The notes below the pieces were generated by a model. That model had not been told where the DNA came from, did not search any database, and worked only from the letters and a program-made list of their open reading frames with translations. Of a DNA stretch of 64,000 nucleotides, positions 49,340 through 61,663 are shown one piece after another; within the stretch, counting starts at the first letter, position 1; every line of letters begins with the position of its first letter. The translations under genes were made by a program, and so were the position numbers. Source of the DNA: Lama glama (lineage: Eukaryota); assembly GCA_028534125.1 (NCBI GenBank), contig CM052816.1, forward strand, positions 64,358,001 through 64,422,000, in the 5' to 3' direction.

Positions 49340-50790
49340 GAATGGGATTATGCAGTGATTTTCAAAAAATACATAACCATTCAGTTGTTTTTATTCTTTT
49401 GCTAGGATAAGCAGTTCGATGATGAACATCCTTGTACGTATTTTCCTGGGTAGGTGAATGAGAACGTTTCTAGGGTAGGTATCTAGATACATGCTCAGCT
49501 TTTCTAGATGTTGCCAAATTGCTTTCCAAAATGCTCGTACCAATTTACACCCCCGCAAGCAACAGAGTAGTTCCTATTTATCTACACCTTTGCCAGAACT
49601 TGGTATCATGAATTTTACTGAGATAAGAAGGGTAAAATAACATCTCATCTTTGTTTCACTTTGCATTTCCCTGATTACTACTGAAGCTGAGTCTGTTCTC
49701 TGAAACTCCTATTAGAGCCACGTAAGGTCTTACCTACTATCTAAATCTCTTGGCTTACTTTTCATACTTTTTGTCTCCCTGTTTTACCTTATGAACAGTT
49801 TCTTCCAGTTCATTTACTTTTTTTGAATGTGTCTACTTTTCTGTTTAATCAATCCTTTGGATATTTTAATTTCAATCATAATTTTCTTATTTAAAAATTC
49901 TATTTGTTTTGCAAAGTTACAAGATACTTTCAGTCTCTTTTTCCTAATATATATTAATCCCTTCTATTATTACTTTTTGCCAACTAAACATACACTTACT
50001 TTATGTATGGCAGATAATGATAATATCCAATGTCATCTGAAGTCTGATTCTTCCATTTTTAGTTTCAGATATCACCCATGCTCTCTTGATGGCTTGTATG
50101 TTTTGTGGGTTTTGATTGTTGCGCCAAATTCTCTGCTGTTTGATTGTGGACATTTTTTGAGACCTGATTTGAAGGTGGGTTCCTCCAGAGAATGTTATTT
50201 TTATTTCTGCCATGTGCCTGGAATCAGTTAAAACCTGAAACCATTTTAAAATAAAATTTTCAGCTTGAAGTCTTTTTGTCCTCATAGATAACATAAATTT
50301 CAAACTACAACCCCCCCCCATGTAGGTTTGCTTGTGGTTATGAATTTTCAGGAGAGATTCTTCCCTGCTCCCCCCAGCACAAGGGTCAAGATAAGCAAGC
50401 TTCCTTGCTGTCGCCATCTGTGGGGCTGGTTTATATCTAGTTCACCCACGTACTGACAGTGTTGCCCGCTGGGATCCTAGCTTTACACACGGGGTCTCCT
50501 GTCAGACCTCACCTTCGCTGGGCCTCGGGCTTGGTCTCCTGCCCACTTTACCTGGTCAGGACTTCAGGTTAGCCCTAGCAGAGCTCTACTGATGCCTCCG
50601 TGGAAAAGGCTAAATTCAGAGCACTCTTAATTTTCAGGATCCCTGCTTTCACTTTATTTGCCTCATATTTCTTTCTCTCTTACTAGCTCAGTGATGCATT
50701 TAAAAATAATTTTTAATTCTGATTTTTTTTTTACATTTTTAGTTGTTTTTAGTGGAGGGATTTTCAATTTGCCATAGAACAGGAGTTTTA
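49340..50790 (-). mobile_element. Ancient L1M fragments (ORF2/3' part plus an L1ME/HAL1-like 5' part)
   Basis: gttgccaaattgctttccaaaatgctcgtaccaatttacac...tttgcatttccctgattact, then T-rich antisense L1 ending ttttagttgtttttagtggaggg. Confidence 0.65.
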
Positions 50791-53324
50791 GTATATTATT
50801 TATTGTCATTTTCTGTGTGTTTGTAGTATTTTGTATTTAAAAGAAGAGCAATTCTGAGAAAAACCCTTGGAAGGAAGTAGACCAAAAAAGTGTTAAGTAA
50901 GAATGGTGAGATTATTAGTGAATATTCCGTATCCCCATTTTTCTGTACTAGGCGACCCCCCAAAAATTACAGTTGGTAACCAAATGAAAGTCTTTAGGAT
51001 CACAGATTAAATAGCAGTTCATTTCCATAAACTGAATTGCCAAGTAATTCTTTAAGTAAATTCAGAGAGCAAGTATACCCTCTCCCTGAAAAAGATCCAA
51101 GAAGTGGGTAACACTGAGTATTACTAAATGTAGCAAACCTACTATCCAACTTTAAAATACATAAAATGATCTTATCTAGAACTTGTTCTTAAAGAGCCAG
51201 ATACATATTTTCCCCTTAAAAAACAATAAGTGATGTTTCCAGTAAAAATATCTTAGGAAAATTTAACTTTAATACTTGCTCATTAAATAGTATAATTCTT
51301 TAAAATTTCTTTTTGAATCTCTTAAATATATGAAAATGGCTTCAAAGTTTTTTTTTAAAGTAAATAATTCAACTTCATATCACATTGATTTTAGCATCTC
51401 AGTCTCTTGAATACTTGTGGACTGGCAAACCTGATGGTACCCAAACCTACTGATATGCCCAAAAAAACACCACCCAATGAGGAAGTATCTTAGGCACTAT
51501 CTGACCTCTTCATTACCCCACACTCAGCAGTAGGAGGTTATCAAATTCTCAAACTGTTGCCCATACAGTAGGTGAAAATGGTATCTTATTGTGGTTCTTT
51601 TACCCCTTTTGACAGCAGCATAGTATTTTACTGCATGAAAGTAAAATAACTTGTTTTCATTTAAATTACTTCTCCATTGATGGTGTTTCAGAGTCCTTCC
51701 AATTTTTTGTTATTATAAATAATGCTGCAATCAACCTTCTTGGTACATACATCTTTACACAATTGTTCTTTTACGTCCTTAGGATAAATTAAATATTTTG
51801 CTACTTGTCTCCAGACTGCCTTACTTTGGGGTAGGCACAAGTTCTTGCTGTAGATAAAAGTTCTAAAAAAAAAAAAAAAAGGTTAAATTCCTAGATTAAA
51901 TTTCTAAAACTAAAAATATTTATATTTAAAAATTTTATGTTGTATTACTTATAAATTAGTCTTCCTGCTTGCCATTATCTACAGATGTACCTTGTTTTCA
52001 GGAAAAATGTAAATACAGTAGTCCAAACTTACAAAACAAATAAGTTAGGGAGTGACTATTTGCATTACAAAATTACTATTTGTTTAACAAAATAGTACCA
52101 ATTTAAACTGAGAGCACTCTGAGAATATTTCAAATATGACCAAATTTGTAAAAATTCAATGTACACATAATAGATCAAGAATATATCCAGCACATAAAGT
52201 GAAGGTATATTTATTTGAACGTGATTTGATGAATCTGAGGAGGTTAGTTAAATCTGCTGCTGTTTTTTGAGAGGCAAATTGTGTGCAGTGTAAGAAATCC
52301 ATGAAGGATTAGCAAAACTGTAATTATGTGATTTTTTTCTCTAAAACTTCTTTTTTTTTTTTTTTAAAGACTGTGCTTCAAAAGCAAAAAGAATATCCAT
52401 TTTCCTTTCCATGCTTTTCAGGCTTTCCACTGCATGCCAGCCGCAGAGTGGCATATGGTATATAACATGCATAGTCAACCTCCCACCAGCATATTTGCAG
52501 AACCAACAGTACATATTGAACTAAACCACACCTCATGTAAAAGACTTTTAATCATCCTTTACTCTTTGGTGTAGGAGAATGGTAGTAGTGGAGGGGGAAG
52601 GGGAGGGAGAGCTGGTTGTTGGCTAGGTAGCGGAGGGGGATGGAGATATATCATTACCAAGGGGGGTGGTGGCCTTCTTATTCATTGGCTCTAATTCCCT
52701 TGCCAGACAAATGAAATGACAATGCTGTAGGGCTTAGAAAAATTGGGGCAACTTGGGGGCAGTAGGCGGCCGAGAAGGTATTAATGACAGCCTGTGTGGG
52801 CCTTTGAGTGGCAGATAAAACACACAGATACACACTCCGCACATTTAACCAGCTCCGGTCCTTCTAACAGAATTTCCCAATCTTTGGTCCCACTCATCTT
52901 TTTAAGCCTGATTCAGAAGAATGCATATACCATGTTAAACATTTTTGTTTTTGTAAGGGGACCCTAACATAGAAGTTTGAGGGGGGCTTTTGGCATTTTC
53001 CCAGCAAGTTCGGAAATCCCCGCCTGCACTCTGACCATAATTAGTAACTGGCCTTCAGAAGGTAGTCCCAGGAGGAAGGAGGCAGGCGTCAGCCAGGCCC
53101 TCTTGGCTCTTTCCTTTTTCCCTTCCTCACTTACGCCCCCTCCTCCTGTCAGGCAGTCTGGCTGTAGGCCGTGCTCACCTAGTGCCCATTGGTCACCCTT
53201 GGAAGGCCACACAAGGTGCGGCGCCCAGGGGCCTATTAGGCACTTTCAGAGTTTATGGCCTCTGGACTAGAAAAGGACTAACCCATTTTATTTTATGAGG
53301 TCAGTGAGAAATGAAAGTAATTAG

Positions 53325-53450
53325 CAGGGAAAGGACTAGACTGGGTGTCAGAAGACCTGGGTTATCTTCCAGCTGGGCCCCTACCTAGCCATGTCACCTT
53401 GGGCAAGAAACTTAATCCCTGCAGACCGAAGTTTTTTCAGCTAACAAGTG
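53325..53450 (+). mobile_element. MIR fragment
   Basis: gactgggtgtcagaagacctgggtt...ctagccatgtcaccttgggcaag. Confidence 0.75.
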
Positions 53451-53654
53451 AGGTTTTAATGAGCATTCTAGGGAGTAAAACTAAGTCAAGGGATCAATTT
53501 TGTGTGTACGTGGCTGTATATGCATGTGTGTAAAGTCTGAAAAGATAAACCCACAGAAAAGTGGATTAAAGCAACCACAGTGCGCTCAGAAGTGAAAGTG
53601 AGCAGCTGGAAAGGTGAAGCGGGGCGTCAAAGGGGAGAAAGCGCTTTCCCATTG

Positions 53655-54167
53655 GCACTGTAAAACAAAATACCCTGAGACTTAGAGGGTTAACCAAAAA
53701 CCCATTTGTTAAAAACAATCTTTTAAAATGATTTTGTGGTTATGAGTTCAGGACAGGCTTGGCTGCTTTGTAATCATACGGCGTTTCTCATGAGGTTGCA
53801 GTCAGATACTGGCAGGGACTGCAACCATCTGAAGGTGTTAACACATCTGGGGACACCCAAGATGGCCTGTCCACATGGTTGGCAGTGGATGCTGGCTGTG
53901 ACCAGAAGGTCTTTCCAGCAAGACTTTCTTAGGGGAGTTAGACTCTACGTGGAGGCAGGCTTCCCCAGAGCAAGCATCCCAAGAGAAGGCAGAAACGGCG
54001 TGGTCTTTTCAGATCCAGCTGAAGAAGTCACACAGTGACATTTCTACCATACGCAATTGGTCAAAGCACTCACCAAACCATCCTGCTTCAGAGGAAGGTG
54101 TAGGGGACTCTTCCTTTCAATGAGAGGATGTCAAAGAATGTCGGGGTCAAGTTTTATGAGTGCCACA
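53655..54167 (-). mobile_element. MLT1 (F/G/H-like) MaLR solo LTR
   Basis: tgaggttgcagtcagat...catggttggcagtggatgctggctgt...gaagtcacacagtgacatttctaccata...tgtcaaagaat...gccaca. Confidence 0.8.
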
Positions 54168-54870
54168 GGCACCTGACAAAAAGGCTGATTTTTCTCAGCA
54201 TCTTTGAAATAACTGTCTTGATAATTTATATAATTTAATCAGCTTTCTGAGAGAAGACGTGTCCTGAATAATCGGGTCTGCTGAGTGCTTATGAAGTGAA
54301 TGTACTTAAAGAATCACTGCACTTTTCAAGTAAATTATACAGCTCCAAACAGATAACTTTAACCTCCATGGCTGTTTGATGTGAATAAAGTTAGCTATGT
54401 TAACTCCTCAGGGCGTGGAAAAGACAGAGGGGTGAAAAAGCAAATAACCAGACTATTATTTCTAGACTGATTTGGGTGCTTCAGAAACAGGCCTCTGCTC
54501 CTGGGAATTCAACAGCTCACTGTGAACATGGGACAATAATGCTATAGCACACGCAGGAAAGAGATGCAGCTTACGAGGAGTGAGGGAAAACACCCCAGAA
54601 TCATCTCAGGTAAAGTGCATGCTACCTGGACTCGCGCTCTTCTGACGCTGGTGGCTGAGAGCAAACACATTTCATGCGCTCTTGCTTCGTCTCATTCTGA
54701 TGATTATTCCTTCCCATCTTGCGCAGCTGCCATCAGACTGATTTTAGTTCCTGGGGATTAAACAGTTTCTGAAGGTTGTTATCACTCCCCTTCAGTGGAG
54801 CATATCTTCAAACACCTTCCTGGATGATTACCATGGCCCAGTGATTGGGCAATCACCAGAGTGATTTTAA

Positions 54871-54906
54871 ACACACACACACACACACAAACACACATAC
54901 ACACAC
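54871..54906. repeat. (CA)n microsatellite
   Basis: Interrupted CA run. Confidence 0.9.
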
Positions 54907-55273
54907 TTCTCCAGGGTGTTCCTTTGTGTTTGTTTTGTTTTTGTGTTTTCAAAGCCCAGCGGTTCGTGAGAGACAGTAGAAGGACGAATTAAGAAGACAT
55001 ATGGTAGTGCTTAAATTATTCCCCGAAAGGGAAAGTGTCCAATATGAAATTATTCAGTCTTTCTACTATTCTGGGGTGGGGAGGGAGACATTTCAACCAA
55101 GAAAATCATAGTATATCCACAATACCCAGAGGAGCACTGAATTATATTATCAACTTCCAAATACAGTCAGCAATATTTCACCAGAAAAGCTGCTTTGCAA
55201 AAATTAAACCTCTAATGTTTACCCTGGGAAATACCCCCAGTCCTTCTCTGCCGTCTCTCCCAGCTCCCCCTGC

Positions 55274-55281
55274 ACACACAG

Positions 55282-55309
<28 letters not shown>
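55274..55309. repeat. (CA)n microsatellite
   Basis: CA run; produces the HTHTHT in ORF 55035..55418. Confidence 0.9.
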
Positions 55310-55316
<7 letters not shown>

Positions 55317-57149
55317 CTTTTTCTTCCCAGTAGTCTCTTTGTTTGGTTCACCTTTTATCATAACATGTACACACATAATTCTGTAGTGAGGTGCCCCAAA
55401 TTTTGTCTCTTATTTTAAAAAATGTTCTAAGAACCTGCGGACTCATCTAAGCCATGGGAAATGGTAGCCAGAAGGAAATCAGTGAGATTAATTTCATGAG
55501 GTCTTTTTTCAACAAAATTGATAACCAGAGGAGGGAGGTGGGGTTGCTTTCAGCTCTTACTTGCTTTATGCAACTTCAATCCCCATTTAACCCAGGCTTA
55601 GGCATGCTATACAAAGGTTATATGAACTGAGATAAACTTTGAGAAATATTTTCAAATTTTAATTTAAAAAATAGGTGATGCATTTATGGTTCAATATGAA
55701 AACACTGTAAAATTTGTGTGTTGGGAGGTCTATCCCATTTACTCCAGTCCTCCCCACCCTCCCCACTCCTTATAGGTAAGCACATTGTTAGTTTCTTGTG
55801 TGTCTTCCCAGTGTTTACGATAATACAAGCAAACACACACACAACCATATTTTCCTTCCTTTTCCATTGTTTTTGAGAAGTTGTTCAAGAGAGAAAGAAC
55901 CGGTCTTGTGTGTGCTAGTGGTAGGAATCCATGAGTCGAGCAAGCATGACAGGATATTAGAAGCTTGTGAGAATGGAAATGATTTCTCAGTTACTTAGAT
56001 TTCCAGAGTCACTTTCTTTGATGTTGGTTCTTTGAGTAGATCTATTCTTTGGGGCTCTTAATTCTTTAAACTTCCAAAATCTTTGTTGTCTGCACAATCA
56101 AAATTTTAGATAATTTATACAGCTCATCGCTTGTTTAACAACAAAAACATGTATATGGTACATCCTTAAGGAAAGGACAAAAAGTACAATATCAAGTACA
56201 GTGCAGGGTCCCGTCACCCAGAGGTCTGACCACGGACAACCAGTGGGGACGCTGGCCATTGTCTGCGGGAGAAACACTCATTCCAACCCAGAAGCTTTTC
56301 TTTGTCTTACGTGTACCCATGCATAGAGAAAACAAGGGTGGTAGAAATATCTTACTCTTCTGATACTTGGGAGTCTAGAGCAGAACAATTTTGCAGATTT
56401 TAGAAACAACCACAGGAATGTGTATGTAACCAGATAATTGACACTGGGCATTGTGTGGGACTGTGCCAGACCCCAAGAACAATTAAGTAATTTTAAACTC
56501 ATATTTTGGAAATGAACAGATGACAATGACTTGTCTTTTGAACAAGTTGAAACACAATGATGTAATTTGTTGTCACTTTTTGGTGTGTAGTATTGTATTA
56601 TATGCCAGCTGAATAAAAGATGAACTTAATTGTGAGTGACATATAGAATAAATGATTGCCTGGGTCACATTGTAACAATTGCTTTACATGGTTGATGGTT
56701 TTCTAAAGATGAGTTTGGGAGTTAAATGTTTAAAGAAATCCTTAAGATGATTCATTTATTTTGATTTTTTTATTTAATACATATGAACATTTTGAGATAT
56801 TTTAACAGGACAAAAAGTGTGCAGTAAAACAAATCTCCCTCCCGCCCCATCCCCATTTGCCAGGTCTGTTCCTCAGACACAACCAACATACCACTTTCTT
56901 ATGTTTCCTACAGAAGGATTCTGCATATTGTAATATGTAAATCTCTCTTTTTAAAACACAAACAAGAGCATGCTCCAAACCTATTCTTTCCTTGGCTTTA
57001 GTCTGTATCAGCACACATACATCTATGCTGCAGAACATCCCACAGGAAGGAAGGACCTCAGGTTATTCAGCCAGGCCCCCGAGGTGATGGGACTGAGTCC
57101 TTCGTAGAGTAAACTGAAATCACCTTCTCAAGATCTCTTTTTGTAAATG

Positions 57150-57356
57150 TCTTTGTCACACACTGAGCGTTGTCCTTTCTCCCTTTTCGAATTCTGGAAA
57201 CTTATTTGTTCTCCTCTCAGCGATCACCATCATGTGCTGCCTGATATCCAGGGCCTAAAATCGCTCTTTTATACATTTTGTTTTAGTTTTTAAGTTGTGT
57301 CAGGCAGGAGGATAAATCCAATCCCTGTTACTCCATCTTGGCCAGAAGCAGAAGTG
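57150..57356 (-). mobile_element. Ancient L1M 5' end fragment
   Basis: Reverse complement begins ACTTCTGCTTCTGGCCAAGATGGAGTAACAGGGA, an old L1 5' terminus with a YY1-type AAGATGG. Confidence 0.65.
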
Positions 57357-57373
57357 TCATATTTTTTAAACAC

Positions 57374-57560
57374 CGAAGTGTTTCCTAAACTTGGATGTAT
57401 ATAATCATCTGAGCAGCTCATTAAAAATGAAGATTCCTGGGCTCCCACCCAGAAATTCTGATCAGCAGGGCTGCTTCAGAATCTGTATTTTTAAACAGCA
57501 GCTCAAAAAATGTTGACACAGCCCTGCCGTGGACCAGACTGGTTGTTTGGGAACCGCTGG
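57374..57560. mobile_element. MER5-family hAT-Charlie MITE
   Basis: agtgtttcctaaacttg...aatcatctg...ttaaaaatgaagattcctgggc...cagaaattctgat...aatctgtatttttaaaca...tttgggaaccgctg. Confidence 0.8.
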
Positions 57561-58244
57561 CTTTAAGGATGATTGTATTTATTTGTCAGCTGTCCTCAAG
57601 TGATACCACCATATGGGCAGTTTGTTTTTCAGATGAACAAAATAGAAATAAATGGTGTGATGGATTTCTTGCCAGACTTTGAATTACTGAGTTGTTGGAA
57701 GCACACTGCCACCTCTGAGGATGTCTGAAGAGGCCAGAGTTCTGTTCCAAAGGGACAGCTCTATTCAGCAGGTGACACAACAGACCCAATGAACTTGAAG
57801 GCAGGTTGGGAGTTGAGGTGGAACAGGCACACTTACTTGTCTGCACAGAAAGGGCACAAATCCCAGCAGCTTCAGCTTAGTTAAACTCGTTTTGGAAAAC
57901 ATTTTTGGCTTGTGTGGTTTTATGCTTTTAGAGTTCCATTTTTAAGCACTGGGCCTGTCCAAACCCACTGAAGCTGAGCTAAAGCATCCAAGGAAGATGC
58001 TGAGTTTCACACCGATCTCTGCTGAGTCTGTAAAAATTTCTCAGATTTGTCCAAACTGCTTTGTTGGGAAACCAAAACAAAAATCACTAATCCCAGTGGG
58101 GTTTGTAGGATCCTGTGGTTTTTGTCCCAAACTATGGCAAAAGTAGTGGTCAGTCATGTGACTCACAAGCCTAAAGGTTTCATTATGAAACCTGAAAGAA
58201 ACCCACAAGCTTCAGTCTTAAAATACACTCCCAAGAGACATACC

Positions 58245-58293
58245 AAAAAAAAAAAAAAAAGAAGAAGAAAAAAGAAAAAAAGAAAAAGAAAAT
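58245..58293 (+). repeat. poly(A)/GAA(A)n purine tract
   Basis: A-run then gaagaagaaaaaagaaaaaaagaaaaagaaaa. Explains the K/R tail of ORF 58047..58301. Confidence 0.9.
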
Positions 58294-58654
58294 CTTTTTA
58301 GTGTTGGCCTGGAAACACAGACTAGGGAAACATGTCCAAACCAAATGTTGTCAGGGCTCACTACATTTATATCCAAAGCTGAATTTTATTCCACTGGGGT
58401 GACATTGTTTATTAACACTGTCTGTGGCAACTGGATTGCCTAGAAAAGTTTAGGAGAGCTGGAGGCCCTCTCCTGTTAGTGCTGTGAACAGAACCAACCT
58501 ACTATTCAATAAACAAAATGAGTTCAAAGACATAAATGATGAGGTTTTATTGTGCCATATCTTCCTTCCCCTAGGATATGGACAAATTATGAAATTCATT
58601 ATGTTTTCTATTCTTTGATATAAAATTTCACTTATTCAATGTCAGATCTCTTTA

Positions 58655-59310
58655 CAACAATGATTAAAATTCTAGGATACACAAGAATTACCTGGAGAAT
58701 TTGTGACATTGGTATATTCTTGCTATCTATCCCACTGGGATGTAAAAGACTATCCCAAAATGTGGAGGCTTAAAGCAACAAGCATTTTATTACATTCCAT
58801 GATTTTGTGGGTCAGGAATTATGGCAAGGCTCAGCAGGATGATTCTTCTGCCCAATGTGATCATCTGGGGTCACCCACTGGTTTTTAGCTGGTGGCTAGT
58901 CCCACCTGGAGGGGCCAAGACAGCTTCACCCTCATGCCTGGCAATGGAGAAGATCACTATAAAGCTGGTTCAGCCAGACTCTTCTCCTCCACGTAGCTGA
59001 AGGGTCTCCCCACATAGTCCAAGGCTCCCAGAAATCAAGGAACTGGCCTTGAACTGGCATAAGCATCACTTCATTGTTCAGAGCAGCCATGGGCCAATTT
59101 CAAGGGGAAGAGAAACAGACCCCACCTCTTGATGGGAGAGATGTCAAAGAATTTGTGGCCATCTTTGATCCACTACAATGCAAGTGCTAGTTCTACTCCC
59201 AGAAATTCTGATTTAGTAGGTGTGTGGTGGGTCCAAGAGTCTGTAATTTAGAAAACACCCAATGAGATTCTGGCACAAAGGGTCCTCACAGCACACCTTG
59301 AAAAACACCA
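58655..59310. mobile_element. MER5A split by an MLT1 LTR
   Basis: Left half agaattacctggagaatttgt (about 58685-58705). Right half cccagaaattctgatttagtaggtgtgtggtggg...cacaccttgaaaaacacca. Confidence 0.6.
58712..59176 (-). mobile_element. MLT1 (G/H-like) MaLR solo LTR
   Basis: ggcttaaagcaacaagcatttt...gattttgtgggtcaggaatt...ggctcagcaggatgattcttctg...gaccccacctcttgatgggagagatgtcaaagaatttgtggccatcttt. Confidence 0.85.
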
Positions 59311-61487
59311 TTATATAGGATGTGATAGAAAGCGCTTATAATGAATCTGTCCATCAATCAATTAACAAACATTGACACACACATGATGTGTGCTCAGAAT
59401 CATGTTAAGTGGAGAGTGGAAAAGGAATGTAATGAAGGGATCCCAGCCCTGAAGGTGCTCACCCTCCCTGAAGCCAGGGTACAAAGGTGTCTGAATGTCA
59501 CGATCCCCCATGGGAGAGGGCCAAGTTGGGGGAAAGGGTTGGTACAAAGTGGGTGCTTCACCAAGGGGACAGGGGCAAGTACCTGAAACTGAGCCACAGG
59601 GATCAGATCAAAAAGTGTGTTAGAATGAGTAGGTGGCCAGAACAAATTATCAGGGGAAGGGAGCTGTTTTTTGCAGTTTCCAGACAGAAATGGGGATGGG
59701 GCTGAGCAAGGAAACAGGGGGCATGATTATTTCCAAGCAAATTTTTCGAAGTGTGATCTTTTCCCCTAGGCTTTTGACAGGACAATTTCCCCTCATCTTT
59801 TATTACTCCCCAATCCTGGCTTTCCTTCTGGTCCTGTTTGCTGGTGTTGCTTCTATCCCAGCAAGCCAAGCAGCTCAGCTCCAGGATGGGACAGCCAGTC
59901 CTTCCAATAACAATGTGAACTTTCTGAGCAGACTTCTGACTCACCCTGCATATGGCTTCAGCAACCAAATTGTCTCTGGATCCTACCCCTAAAGCAGGCT
60001 CAGGCTCTGTGTGAGTGCATGTACATGAATGTGTGTGCGTGTGTGGAAGGGGTGGCTCCTGGGGGAAGCATAAAGTTGGGAGGCTCCAGGAGCTGAGTCA
60101 AGTTATGAAAAGATGTTATTGAGGGTCTCAGCACATTGCTGAAAATAAAACTGAGAATGATCATCTGTAATCTAGAGAGATACATGTGATGAGAGATAAC
60201 AGAGGAATGAACTCAGTGGCTGTGGACAAGAAGAATGGGTTGGGAGGGGTGCTGGAACAGTAGGGTCTGAGAGGCCATCTGTAAACAAGGGTATGTGCAG
60301 AATGCCCCAGGGGGTGAAGCCTGGCTACACAAAGATGTCCTACTTGGCTGGACAGAAACACTCCATCCCATGGAAAACAATCTCTTCTTGTCCCAATTAG
60401 AGGCTGTTGTCAGTGCTGAATCTAAGTTCTGAGAGTCAGGACTGAAAGCCGGGACCAGAAACAGCCAGAGATGGAATCAGCAACCAGCAAGGGACCTGCA
60501 CACAAAGGGAAGTTGAGGGCTAAACAGTGAGCCAGGAATCAGCCAGGCAAGAAGTTAGAGGGCAGGCCGAGAGCAGGCTGGACAGCCGGGGCCCCACAGC
60601 ACAGAATGCTCCCTGGGTCAGGGGATGCTCTCAGACAGGCAGCATACGGAGACACAGATCTCCAGGAATAGAGTTAGGGAGATAGGCCGATCACATCCTT
60701 CTGTATGTAGTCTCATTCCCAGTAAGAGCCAGGGTAGGAAGCAATCTTGAATCAGTCTAGGGCTTCTGGGTCCATCCTCAGGACAGGATGGGAAGGGATA
60801 ATCAGGCCTCCATGCCAATCAGAGAAAGGTGCCCTCAGGCAAGCAGATGATGCCTCTATGAGCCCTAAGGGCCCCCTCCTCCAGGCAGACACAGGATTCA
60901 ACCCCCACCACAGGTTTAACCAGCAGAGTGCAATCTGGACCAGCTCCCTCTGGCCCCTCAGCAGGGCCTTTGTGAAAGGCAGAAAGTACGTCACCACACA
61001 AGGTGACCCCGGTGTGGAGGCAGGAATGGGCAATGATTTTTGTCCTGAGTGTTTGAATACAGTGGCCAGGTCTTGGCTTTTTTTTTTTTTTTTTTTTACC
61101 ATAAGTCAGGAAACTTTTGGGTTTCTCTGTACCTCATCAGACACGGGAGTGGTAAATTAGTCATCACCAGAGGGATACGAAACAACACCGGCAAAATTGG
61201 GAAAACAGGGAGCAAGTGAGCAGGTCCAGGGGGCCTGGTGCCTAAGCATTGTCATGCCAGCCAGCCTGTCCAGTAAGTAGCTGGCTTGAGCAGGGGACGT
61301 GCTGAGAAAAGCTACTGAAGGCACTGCTGCCAAAAATATTGTTCCAGTTGAATGGTAAGCCATGCTCCACGCCCTGGCAACTGGAGGACAAAAGTGTCTG
61401 CTGTGCTCCTTTTAAGATCATAATACCACCGCATTGTGGAGTTACTGCTAAAGACTGTAGGTCACTTGCATCAAAAAGCAACAGCGT

Positions 61488-61663
61488 AGACAAACAACAA
61501 GCTTCTGCACAGCACAGGGAACTAAGTCAATACCTTGTAGTAACCCATAATGAAAACGAATATATGTATGTATATGTATGCCTGAAACTTTATACTGTAC
61601 ACCGGAAATTGACACAACATTGTAAACTGACTATAATTCAATCTAAAAATTAAAAATTAAAAA
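61488..61663 (+). mobile_element. Short lineage-specific L1 3' end with 15-bp TSD
   Basis: Homologous to 17395-17575 (agcacagggaacta...gaaattgacacaacattgtaaactgactata). TSD aaaaagcaacag(c/t)gt at 61473-61487 and 61664-61678. Confidence 0.92.

Noticed and set aside
51975..52185. Tigger-type DNA transposon fragment (tacagtagtcc...)
   Set aside because: Only a TIR-like start is recognisable and I found no matching second TIR; too weak to call without Dfam.
54600..54760. snoRNA or miRNA hairpin
   Set aside because: Only a short gagagc/gctctt stem; no convincing C/D or H/ACA box arrangement and no mature miRNA I recognise.
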